A DNA stretch of 25,283 nucleotides, taken from NCBI GenBank assembly GCA_964566495.1, contig CAZMIT010000013.1:1-25283 (forward strand). The letters run 5' to 3'. Positions 15,311 through 23,938 of this stretch are shown here, in pieces. Every line of letters starts with the position of its first letter. Within the stretch, counting starts at the first letter, position 1. The notes under the pieces were generated by a model. The model saw only the letters and a list, made by a program, of their open reading frames with translations. It was not told the DNA's origin and searched no databases. This DNA comes from an uncultured bacterium (GTDB taxonomy: Bacteria; T1Sed10-126). The position numbers and the translations under genes are program-made.

Positions 15311-15333
15311 AACAATTACGAAAGGAAATAAAA

Positions 15334-16731
15334 ATGGAGCTACTCTTTTTACTGCTCGGCGGGATTGCCTTCCTGCTGGCACTGAGAAACCAGGTGGAGA
15401 TAACTGAGTTGCGACTAAAAGTAGAACGACAGATTGATAAAAAAAATAATGGAACAGAATCAGGAAATATTCCTGGACATTCCACAAAGCGTACCACGAA
15501 GGAAAAAAAGGGGGAGAGTAAGTTCAAAAACAAAGTAACGAATAACGAAGATCCTTACGCTAATGACTACAACCGCTGGCGACTGGGTTTTGAAATCTTG
15601 CTGGCGCTTGGTTTGGTAGCGCTCGCCCTTGGTTTTTCCCTGTCTGTATACCTGGCCGACCAACACTTTGAATTACTTCCAGCCTCCGGTCCCTTCCTTT
15701 TGGTAGTGCTCTTTGCTGCTCTACTGGGTGGTTTGGGCGTAAAATTCAATTTAAAACCACTGGTTTTATTCAGCTCTCTGTTTGCTTTTCCCGCCCCCCT
15801 TCTGCTACCTACCTCACCCGGTCCAGCCTTATTATGGAGTTACCTGGTTCTGCTCAACCTGGTCTCTTTCAAGCTCTTTCTAAGTCACAACTGGTTCGAG
15901 CTCCTGCCACTGTCACTGGCCGGCAGTGGGATAATATTTAATTCGTTCTTCATACAGGGTCCCGAAACGTTATTGCCAGGAAATGTATTTTTTCCTCTAC
16001 TACTAATCTTTGTCGGCCACGAGCTAACGCTTAAAATAAAAATAGTTCGCGGCCAGCCGGTGCTGAAGCGGTATCTGATGCACTTGATTTTTATTGCTCT
16101 ACTCTTTTACCTGGCCCTATATCCATCGTTAAGCTTCCATAAGCCGCAACTGCTGGCTCCGTTTACTTTCCTCTTTAGCTTCTCTTACCTTGTCTGGGGT
16201 ATTTTATCCAACTATCTGTTCAACCTGTTTAAAAGCCTGACAGACGTCTATTTATTTACTGCTCTTCTGCTGCTCGCCCCTGGGTTTTGTCACCAATTCA
16301 CAGGACTTACACTGGCCTTAATTTTACTGGTCGGAGCGACATTGTTAACCGTGCTTGGCGGCCTGGTCGAACAACCGTGGATCACTGGCGCCGGCTGCAC
16401 CTATTATTTCGGTGGCGCTTTTTATTGGCTGGTCGCCCTGCTACCGGCAACCCCACAGGTTTACAGCCTCCGCGGTCAGCTAACAAACAGACGATTTCTG
16501 AGTGGCCTTGTCCTGGCGCTGGCCGGACTCTGCACTGGCGCCGCTCTGCGATATTTCTTCCGGGAAAGGGAATGGGGTGAGGTTTTTGGCAGCCTGTTTC
16601 TGCTCACAGGCCTGGTTTTTCTTGTTTTACTTGTACCTTTGAACTTCTCAGGGATAGCCGTCCCAATAATTGCCGGCGGACTCTTATTGATAGCGATATT
16701 TTACCGCGGCCTCCAACATCTGTGGTTATGA
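15334..16731 (+). CDS. Multi-pass membrane protein, DUF2339-like
   Basis: N-terminal TM helix, coiled/charged linker, then more than 10 hydrophobic segments (FPAPLLL..LWSYLVLLNL..W..L resembles DUF2339). ATG at 15334 with AAAGGA upstream is preferred over TTG at 15295. Family call is tentative. Confidence 0.65.
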   Translation: MELLFLLLGGIAFLLALRNQVEITELRLKVERQIDKKNNGTESGNIPGHSTKRTTKEKKGESKFKNKVTNNEDPYANDYNRWRLGFEILLALGLVALALGFSLSVYLADQHFELLPASGPFLLVVLFAALLGGLGVKFNLKPLVLFSSLFAFPAPLLLPTSPGPALLWSYLVLLNLVSFKLFLSHNWFELLPLSLAGSGIIFNSFFIQGPETLLPGNVFFPLLLIFVGHELTLKIKIVRGQPVLKRYLMHLIFIALLFYLALYPSLSFHKPQLLAPFTFLFSFSYLVWGILSNYLFNLFKSLTDVYLFTALLLLAPGFCHQFTGLTLALILLVGATLLTVLGGLVEQPWITGAGCTYYFGGAFYWLVALLPATPQVYSLRGQLTNRRFLSGLVLALAGLCTGAALRYFFREREWGEVFGSLFLLTGLVFLVLLVPLNFSGIAVPIIAGGLLLIAIFYRGLQHLWL

Positions 16732-16892
16732 TGAACATCGATTGACAGTAAAGTGACCCCTGGACCGGTAACTATCCAGAACATAAGTTTGAAAAATATT
16801 TCATTTACCGACCTTTATTGATACAGTTTATTATTACTTTTTTCATTGTAGGGTAAATTACCACCCTTGAACTTAATAGTGGAGGTTTACAG

Positions 16893-17798
16893 ATGGCAAT
16901 TGTATTAACCGAAGAGGACACTCTCTCTGCTGAAAGTGATTCTCTCCGCAAGGAGAGCTCCATCCTTTCAAAGCTTCTCTACGTAGAACTATCCGTTGGC
17001 GTTCTTTTGGTGCTCGGCGGGCTTGTTTACTGGTTACTTTATGAAGACCCTATCTGGCTGATTTTAAGTGGTGTTGCGCTTTTTTTCGCCGTCAGTCATT
17101 ACATAAAATCAAAACAGAACATCGCTGACGCTGCTCGTTTTGAGTCCGGAAAATCGGGAGAAGAATTTGTCACTGAAATCCTGGAAAATGACCTGCCGAA
17201 CAACTGTCTTATTTTAAATGATTTTGAGGTTAAGCCTCGGAACCGACCAGCTCAAATGGACCACGTAGTGGTCTCCCCCGCCGGCCTATTTGTGATTGAA
17301 ACCAAGGCTTACAGCGGCACTCTCAAGGGACACGCCGAGGACGAGAAGTGGACCCAGATCAAGGAATACAAGGACAACCGGCAGAAAAACAAACTAACAA
17401 ATCCAATTCAGCAGAACAAATATCACATTGAAGTACTGCTCGAAAGTATCCGAGACAATGACCTACCTTTTAAGGAAGATGATGTCCATAACTACGTCGC
17501 CATGGTCAACAAATATCACGAGATGGAAGTCGACGGCGACACCTCGGTGGTCGACTTTGCCTGGTTTTTGCCCAAAAAAATCAAGCCACAACTTAAGAAT
17601 CTCAAATATAATGAGGAGGAAATTAGAGCGTTCCTGACACATTTTAACCTGACACTTCCGGACGAATTTATACTTCAGCCGGAAGAGGAGAAAGACTCCG
17701 CTCAAAACCAAAAATCCGATGAGACAAAACAGAACGATCCTAAACCACAATCCTCAAGTTCAGCAGACGAGCTGGATGTTGAGGACTTAAAAATGTAA
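16893..17798 (+). CDS. NERD (nuclease-related domain) protein with two N-terminal TM helices
   Basis: GKSGEE, QMDHVVVSPAGLFVIETKAYSG and NPIQQN are NERD motifs; GGAGGT upstream; acidic low-complexity tail. Confidence 0.85.
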   Translation: MAIVLTEEDTLSAESDSLRKESSILSKLLYVELSVGVLLVLGGLVYWLLYEDPIWLILSGVALFFAVSHYIKSKQNIADAARFESGKSGEEFVTEILENDLPNNCLILNDFEVKPRNRPAQMDHVVVSPAGLFVIETKAYSGTLKGHAEDEKWTQIKEYKDNRQKNKLTNPIQQNKYHIEVLLESIRDNDLPFKEDDVHNYVAMVNKYHEMEVDGDTSVVDFAWFLPKKIKPQLKNLKYNEEEIRAFLTHFNLTLPDEFILQPEEEKDSAQNQKSDETKQNDPKPQSSSSADELDVEDLKM

Positions 17799-17832
17799 AA
17801 ATTCAAATAATATGGCTTCAATAGCCCCGCAA

Positions 17833-17993
17833 ATTTCCCACGGAAGCCCGGGTGGAAATGACTGTGCGTTGCTTCGAAATATAGTCCGCCCTTTCTTTTT
17901 CCTCCCCCTGAAGACCAACGCGCCAGTAATGCAATGGGTTCAAAAGAAAAAAGCCAGCGAAGATACAGGATTGCCGGTTCAAGCACGGTCATG
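17833..17993. repeat. Two degenerate GTCATT-family palindromes upstream of folA
   Basis: ATTTCCCACGG-AAGC-CCGGGTGGAAATGAC (17833-17862) and GGATTGCCGGTTCAAGCACGGTCATG (17968-17993); the latter resembles 14607-14634. Confidence 0.45.
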
Positions 17994-18016
17994 CTGGCCT
18001 TGATCCGGTACCGATC

Positions 18017-18526
18017 ATGACAAGATTGTTGGAAAGTTCTACGATAGCTTTAATAGCAGCAGTCGACCGCAACGGACTGCTCGGCGACGGGGAAAAGATG
18101 CCCTGGCATTTGCCGGCTGAATTACAACTCTTTCGCCGCTTAACGCTGGGAAAACCTGTGATTATGGGACGCAAAACTTTTGAAGTCCTGGGAAAGCCGC
18201 TGGAGCAACGGAAAAATATAATTTTAAGTGATAGCAACAGCTTCGCCCCCGAAGGGGGCCATAGGGCCGGTTCAATTGAAGAAGCTATAAAGGTGGCAGG
18301 AGACACAGGGGAAATAATGGTGATTGGCGGAGCAACTGTCTATCGCCAATTTATGAAGCAAGCAGAAAAAATTTATCTTTCCGTAATTGAGGCCGAGTTT
18401 GAAGGTGACGTATACTTCCCGAGAATCCGGGAGTCTGAGTGGAAGAAAAGAGTAATTTTCGAACAAGAAGCGAACGACAAAAATCCGTGGGCGTTCACTA
18501 CTTACGAATATAGCAGGGAGAATTAG
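18017..18526 (+). CDS. folA: Dihydrofolate reductase
   Basis: LIAAV..NG..G....MPWHLP, F..LT.GKPVIMGRKTFE, KPL..RKNIILS, IMVIGGA.VY, EGDVYFP. Confidence 0.95.
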   Translation: MTRLLESSTIALIAAVDRNGLLGDGEKMPWHLPAELQLFRRLTLGKPVIMGRKTFEVLGKPLEQRKNIILSDSNSFAPEGGHRAGSIEEAIKVAGDTGEIMVIGGATVYRQFMKQAEKIYLSVIEAEFEGDVYFPRIRESEWKKRVIFEQEANDKNPWAFTTYEYSREN

Positions 18527-18528
18527 CT

Positions 18529-19089
18529 ATGATCAGTGGAGAAACAGTTGGACTTTTAACCGAAAATATTTTTTGGCCGGAATTATGGCAATTTATCGCC
18601 CAATACAGTCAAGAAGGTTTTGGCTTACTTCTGGTTGGTCTCTGGCTCTGGTGGTTTTACAAAAGGAACCGCAAAACCTGGCAGCCCCCCGCCATAATCA
18701 CAATCGGGCAGTTAATCAGTTACCCACTCAGCGAGATACTGCAGAATATTTTCCAACGCCTACGTCCCTACCACGCTGCTAATTATATTCCCCTCACCGG
18801 TGCCGAGCCTTACGTTTCTCCTTCTGAAGACTTTTCTCTGCCCAGCAATCACGCCGTCGCTACGGCGGTATTTGCTTACGTGTTCTACCGCTACGGCAAC
18901 CAGTATTCAAAGTGGCTTATAATTACGTTTACGGTTCTGGTGGGACTTTCGCGTGTCTTTGTAGGAGTCCACTACCCGCTGGATATAGTTACCGGTTGGT
19001 TTGTAGGGGGAGCCTGTGGAGTGCTGGCAGCTTATCTTGAGAAAAAAATCTATCCCCGGCTAACCTCTATTCTTCCCTTTTCAACTTAA
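18529..19089 (+). CDS. PAP2-family membrane phosphatase (undecaprenyl-PP/lipid phosphatase-like)
   Basis: R.RP, SLPSNHA and SRVFVGVHYPLDI correspond to PAP2 motifs C1-C3; hydrophobic segments; 2 bp after folA. Confidence 0.88.
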   Translation: MISGETVGLLTENIFWPELWQFIAQYSQEGFGLLLVGLWLWWFYKRNRKTWQPPAIITIGQLISYPLSEILQNIFQRLRPYHAANYIPLTGAEPYVSPSEDFSLPSNHAVATAVFAYVFYRYGNQYSKWLIITFTVLVGLSRVFVGVHYPLDIVTGWFVGGACGVLAAYLEKKIYPRLTSILPFST

Positions 19090-19387
19090 CTTCTCGCTCA
19101 ATCTTTCTCTCTATCGGTAGGATTAAGGCTTCAAGATGATAGCGCGACCTCTTGGCATGCTTGAACTCACTTAGTTTCTCAAAAAGTGGCTCTATCTGGT
19201 CTTCCTCAACCTGGGCCTCAATCACAGAGACGTTCCCCGGATGAATTTTCGAACCGAAGTGTTTACCGTCAATGTCCTTGCCCTCCATCATCGGATAAAC
19301 TACGTAATTTTGCACACCGTGTTCGTCAAGAATTTCCTCCATTGCTTCACGGTATTCAAAGTGAAAAGTCAGGTGTAGTAGCTTCAT
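19067..19387 (-). CDS. Small PII-like, transporter-associated protein (PG0541-like)
   Basis: 106 aa; pattern EEILDEHGV..Y.....EGK...GKH.GS..HPG..S......E..I..L.......H...ILPIE fits PII-superfamily proteins found beside RND pumps; ATGA overlap with the RND stop. Confidence 0.7.
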   Translation of the reverse strand: MKLLHLTFHFEYREAMEEILDEHGVQNYVVYPMMEGKDIDGKHFGSKIHPGNVSVIEAQVEEDQIEPLFEKLSEFKHAKRSRYHLEALILPIERKIEREVKLKREE

Positions 19388-22300
19388 TCTTCACCTCCAA
19401 GCATATTACGAACCCCCGGTAGATAGAGAAACAGAGCGCCAAAAAAGCCATAGAGAGCCAGAATGGCACCGGAATATACAGGGTCAATTTTTATAAATAT
19501 TGTTCCGGCTTTTTCTGGGAAAAACCATATAAGCCCCCCGAGGAAGAAAAAGAGCACAAAAATAAGCTGAAATGGCCGAGCTAAATTGTGCCGGCTTAGT
19601 AACAGCACATCAAAAACCAGCAATACCAGGGCAAAAACAAGCATTAGAACCGTTTCAGCGCCAGTCGTATGGTAGACGGCAAAATAAGCGGACCAGAGGG
19701 CCAGTCCCATAGTTAACAGGGAGAAAACTAAACTAAACAACTTCCAGCAGTTACGTGAGCAAACGTTAGAAATCTGGGAGAAAAGGGTATAGACGACAGG
19801 TATCACAACAAGAGTTAGTATCGTGGCTGAGAACATACCACCGGCGACCGCCCAGCCCATCGGCGCTCGCGCTTCTCCCCCCATCCCATAACCAAGCGCT
19901 ATTGGCATCATGCCAAGTATCGTGGAGGCGGCGGTCATAAGCACGGGACGGAAGCGCACCCGACCCGCTTCCGCAGCGGCAGCAAATAGTTCGTATCCGC
20001 GGCCGCGCAGGACATTGGTATAATCCACCAGGAGAATACCGTTCTTGGTTACCAGTCCAACCAGCATTATTATGCCAATGAAGCTAAAGACGTTAAACGT
20101 CATATCAAAGAGATAAAGCAAACCAAAAGCACCTACGGCCGCGAGGGGCAGAGTCATCATTATAGTCAGGGGATGAAGAAAGGATTCAAACTGGGCTGAC
20201 ATCACGAGGTAAACAAATATAATACCGAGGAGCAGCGACTCGGTCAAATATTCAAAAGACTCCTCCATCATATCAGCTTCACCGGTCGACTCGAATGTGA
20301 ATCCCGGAGGGAGCGTCTCCGCCAGGTGTTCCTGCAATTTACGGTTTGCATCACCAACTGTCACACCGGGGGGTGTTGACGCCGATATCGTAACTGCTCG
20401 GCGGCGATTAAGGTGGGCTATCTCACTGGGTCCTACCGTTTCCTCAGGGTAAACCAGGTTGGAAAGCGATATCATCTCGCCGTCGCGCGAACGAATATAA
20501 AAATCTTCCAGCAGGGCAGGAACACTCTGACCACGCAGGTGCGTCTCCGGAATTACTTCGTAACGCTCATGAGCACGCTCTATTTCAGTAATTTCCGTCT
20601 GGCTAAGCAAATAGCGCAGAGTCTGCGAAATTTCCCTGATTGAAATACCGTGGGTTGCAGCAAGTTCCCGCTCAAATCCAACCTCCACCTGGGGAAGGTC
20701 CATGGAGAGGTCGTAATCAACCCCGACAAACTCCTCCTCTCCCCGCATCCACTCAACAATAGCTTCACGCTGCTCGTCGAGCTCATCGAGATCATCGTGC
20801 TGAATTGCCATCTGCAGAGGCGCGTCACCACCTCCCGGCCCCCCCATCTGAATGGTAAAACCCCGGCCGTCGGGAAACTCTTCAATTTTACGCCGCACTT
20901 GATCCATTATGACCTGCTGATGATCTTCACGATCTTCCGGAGCCACAAGGTCAACCATGATCATTCCTCGGTTGACTTCGCCGCCTCCACCTCCCATCCC
21001 CAGCCCAATCGCCATAAATACGTGATTAACTTCCGGTAGTGACTGCAGATGTTCTTCTATTTTAGTAGCAAATCTCTCTGTTTCCGAAAGCGTCGCTCCC
21101 TGAGGGGTCTCAAAAGAAATGGCAAATTCGGCCGCATCTATATCCGGTTGGAACTCAGTCGACAAGCCGGAGAAAAAGTAGACCCCCAGCAACATGGCGC
21201 CAATCGCTACCAGGACAACCAGCCAGCGGTAGGCGAGGCTCCAATTCAAAAGTTTTTCATAACCACGGGCAAGAAGCTCCAGAAATTTATCGATACCGCG
21301 GGAGACCCAGCCCCGGGCCCGGGAGCGAGTTAAAAAGCGTGAACAGAGCATCGGTGTCAGGGTCAGCGCGGTGAAGGTGGAGGCAAATACAGTTACCGCC
21401 ACAGTTATTCCAAACTGGTAGAAAATTCGCCCAATTAGTCCTCGTGTCAAGGCCACCGGGATAAAGACCGCTCCCAACGAAAGGGTGTTGGCGAGAGCAG
21501 CGAAGGCCACCTCGGTAGTTCCCACTCGGGCCGCAGCCCGCTGGCTGGCGCCCTCTTCCAGGTGCCGATAAGAACTCTCAAGAATTACGACTGCATCGTC
21601 AACCACAATACCGATCACCAGTATGAGGGCCAGCAGTGTGATTACATTCATACTGAAACCAAAGAAGTAAATCAGAGCAAGCCCGACAGCCAGCGAGCTA
21701 GGTATTGCAATAGTGGTGATGACTGTGGCGCCAAGCGAACGCAGGAAGAACATGATTACAAAAAAGACCAGAATTGTGGCCAGCAGAATAGATATTTGCA
21801 GGTCAAATATCGACTCGCGAATAAAACGCGACTGGTCGCTGGCTATTTCGTATTCAAGCCCGGCGGGCAGCTCCTTCTCAATTTCCTCCATCCGCTCCCG
21901 AACCAGGTCGGCGACCTCAACCGTATTTGCTCCCGACTGCTGCACTATTCCCAGACCAACAGCTTGTTCACTGTTAAAGCGGGCTATCTGGCGGTCCGAT
22001 TCTACGCCGTCACGAGCCTGACCAACGTCACCAATACGAACCGGCTGACCGTCACGATGATCTATAATAAGATCATTCAACGGTTCCGGTTCATCAAAAC
22101 GGCCCAGTGTTTTTACTGTGAACTCGCGGCGTTCACTCTCCACACGCCCCGCGGGGATATCAAGATTATTGGCCTGAATGGTCTGCACGACGTCGTGAAC
22201 GGTCACCCGGTGGGAGGCCATTTTTTCGTGGTCAAGCTCCAACCGTACGGCATAACGCTGTTCGCCGCCGATCATGACCCGCCCCACTCCGGAAAGTGGT

Positions 22301-22797
22301 TCCAACCTCTCAACAATGTTTTCATCAGCATAGGTGGAAAGATCTATTGGATCCCAGCGTTCATCGCCGGTCAGTGTTATCCAGACTATCGGCCTCGCAT
22401 CCATATCCATTTTGCGCACTATGGGAGCCTCGGCATCTGCCGGCAGGTCACGTCGAGCACGCTCAACAGCGTCTCGCACGTCCTGGGTCGCCACGTCAAT
22501 GTCCCGTTCCAGCTCAAACTCAGCAGTCACGCTGCCGCGCTGTTCGCTTGCCGTTGACTGCAGCTCCTCCAGGCCTTCGATTGTATTTATTTCTTCTTCC
22601 AGCGGCTCAACAATCTCCGTCTCTACAACTTCGGGTTCGGCACCGGGTAAAATAACATTAACGTTTACAACCGGAAATTCTATGTCAGGGAAATTTCTTA
22701 TAGGCAGATCAAAATAACCATAGATCCCAAAAATAACCAGAACCAGAAATATTACGGTGGTAAATACCGGTCGTTTTATACAGCGATTCCAGATCAT
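19384..22797 (-). CDS. RND efflux permease (AcrB/MdtB-like) with C-terminal membrane extension
   Basis: IKRPVFT, FPDIEFP, GIVVDDAVVILE (TM4 DD), AQFESF.HP, GLVTKNGILLVD, RFRPVLMT; 1137 aa; TAATG overlap with the MFP stop. Confidence 0.95.
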   Translation of the reverse strand: MIWNRCIKRPVFTTVIFLVLVIFGIYGYFDLPIRNFPDIEFPVVNVNVILPGAEPEVVETEIVEPLEEEINTIEGLEELQSTASEQRGSVTAEFELERDIDVATQDVRDAVERARRDLPADAEAPIVRKMDMDARPIVWITLTGDERWDPIDLSTYADENIVERLEPLSGVGRVMIGGEQRYAVRLELDHEKMASHRVTVHDVVQTIQANNLDIPAGRVESERREFTVKTLGRFDEPEPLNDLIIDHRDGQPVRIGDVGQARDGVESDRQIARFNSEQAVGLGIVQQSGANTVEVADLVRERMEEIEKELPAGLEYEIASDQSRFIRESIFDLQISILLATILVFFVIMFFLRSLGATVITTIAIPSSLAVGLALIYFFGFSMNVITLLALILVIGIVVDDAVVILESSYRHLEEGASQRAAARVGTTEVAFAALANTLSLGAVFIPVALTRGLIGRIFYQFGITVAVTVFASTFTALTLTPMLCSRFLTRSRARGWVSRGIDKFLELLARGYEKLLNWSLAYRWLVVLVAIGAMLLGVYFFSGLSTEFQPDIDAAEFAISFETPQGATLSETERFATKIEEHLQSLPEVNHVFMAIGLGMGGGGGEVNRGMIMVDLVAPEDREDHQQVIMDQVRRKIEEFPDGRGFTIQMGGPGGGDAPLQMAIQHDDLDELDEQREAIVEWMRGEEEFVGVDYDLSMDLPQVEVGFERELAATHGISIREISQTLRYLLSQTEITEIERAHERYEVIPETHLRGQSVPALLEDFYIRSRDGEMISLSNLVYPEETVGPSEIAHLNRRRAVTISASTPPGVTVGDANRKLQEHLAETLPPGFTFESTGEADMMEESFEYLTESLLLGIIFVYLVMSAQFESFLHPLTIMMTLPLAAVGAFGLLYLFDMTFNVFSFIGIIMLVGLVTKNGILLVDYTNVLRGRGYELFAAAAEAGRVRFRPVLMTAASTILGMMPIALGYGMGGEARAPMGWAVAGGMFSATILTLVVIPVVYTLFSQISNVCSRNCWKLFSLVFSLLTMGLALWSAYFAVYHTTGAETVLMLVFALVLLVFDVLLLSRHNLARPFQLIFVLFFFLGGLIWFFPEKAGTIFIKIDPVYSGAILALYGFFGALFLYLPGVRNMLGGEE

Positions 22798-23903
22798 TAT
22801 TGCTCTGTTTCCCCTTCCTCAACAATTTCCACCGGGTCACCGTCAACCAGTTCCATGTGCCCCCGGCGCACTATCGTCTCTCCGGGAACCAGACCGGAGG
22901 TTATTTCCGCATAACCGGGTAGGCGCTGACCAACTTCTACTTCCTGGCTGCGCGCTCGACCGTCCACTATTCGAAATACCACGAATCCTTCCCGGGTCGA
23001 AACCAGGGCCTCCTCCGGCACCACCGGACGATCTGTCCGTTCATCGATAAGCAGCTCCACGTGACTGAAACCACCGGGGCGCAGCTCCTCGTCTGCCTGC
23101 AGATAAGCTTTAACCTGCAGAGAGCGGGTTGGCTCGGCAATCGCCGGACTGGCAAAATGTACCTCGCCGGTTAATTCACGTTCGATGAGAGCAGCGGGAC
23201 GGACCCGCACCTCCTGCCCACGTCGAACCCGGGCAGAATGTCTCTCCGGGACAGAAAAAGTAACCTCGGGCCTATGCGTTTGATATAAATATGCCAGTGG
23301 GTCACCGGCACTTATAACGTTCCCGGTATCAACCATAACTTCCCCCAGAACACCGGCTGACGGCGCCTCAACGACAGCGTCGTCATAGCGCTCCTTTGCC
23401 TGTTCAAGACGTGCTTCAAGTTCATTAACCCGCTCACGGGCGGTTTTGTAAGCTTCCCGGGCGCGGTCATACTCCTGTTCCGGCTGCAAACCCCGCTGAA
23501 AAAGATTCTCAATTCTTTTGAAGTCCTTCTCCGCTCGCTCCAGGGAGGAGCGCGCCGACTCCAGACCTGAACGGGCGGCTTTGACCTCCTGGCGCAGCTC
23601 CTCAGATTCAATTTCAAACAGTTTTTCGCCGGCCGAAACTGCTGTTCCATCCCGAAAGTTAACACTTTCGATTCGACCACCTACCTCAGGCGTAATAATC
23701 ACCTGTTCGGTCGCTTCGATCGAACCGATCGCACTAATACTCTCCTCCAGCGTCCGACTTTCAACTTCAGTAACTTCGACCGCCGCTGCTTGATCTTGTA
23801 TCACTTCCTCTTCCTCTACTTCGGCCGGACAGCCGCTGAGCAAAAATAATAAAGGCAGTAAGATTAACGGTAAAAACCAATTTAAGCTTTTGAATTGTGA
23901 CAT
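22797..23903 (-). CDS. RND periplasmic adaptor (membrane fusion protein), lipoprotein
   Basis: Lipobox LSGC; GRI..V....G..V..G..L lipoyl half, alpha-hairpin, VEAPSAG, LRPG, VPEEAL, GL.PGE.IV..G. Confidence 0.93.
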   Translation of the reverse strand: MSQFKSLNWFLPLILLPLLFLLSGCPAEVEEEEVIQDQAAAVEVTEVESRTLEESISAIGSIEATEQVIITPEVGGRIESVNFRDGTAVSAGEKLFEIESEELRQEVKAARSGLESARSSLERAEKDFKRIENLFQRGLQPEQEYDRAREAYKTARERVNELEARLEQAKERYDDAVVEAPSAGVLGEVMVDTGNVISAGDPLAYLYQTHRPEVTFSVPERHSARVRRGQEVRVRPAALIERELTGEVHFASPAIAEPTRSLQVKAYLQADEELRPGGFSHVELLIDERTDRPVVPEEALVSTREGFVVFRIVDGRARSQEVEVGQRLPGYAEITSGLVPGETIVRRGHMELVDGDPVEIVEEGETEQ

Positions 23904-23938
23904 TTCATTTCACCCTGATTTCCTTTTGAGAAGTCATT

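Noticed and set aside
14569..15315. Short ORFs in the yqeY-DUF2339 intergenic region as a transposase remnant
   Set aside because: All are 63-69 aa, lack DDE, HUH or recombinase motifs, and overlap repeat modules.
15295..15333. TTG start for the membrane protein as given in the ORF track
   Set aside because: It lies inside the end of element B; the ATG at 15334 has a ribosome-binding site and begins a hydrophobic helix.
17799..18016. Folate-related riboswitch upstream of folA
   Set aside because: No recognisable THF riboswitch consensus; the hairpins fit degenerate GTCATT-family repeats. An Rfam scan would be decisive.
21562..22557. 331-aa ORF antisense to the RND permease
   Set aside because: Fully overlaps a well-supported gene on the opposite strand; no recognisable domain.
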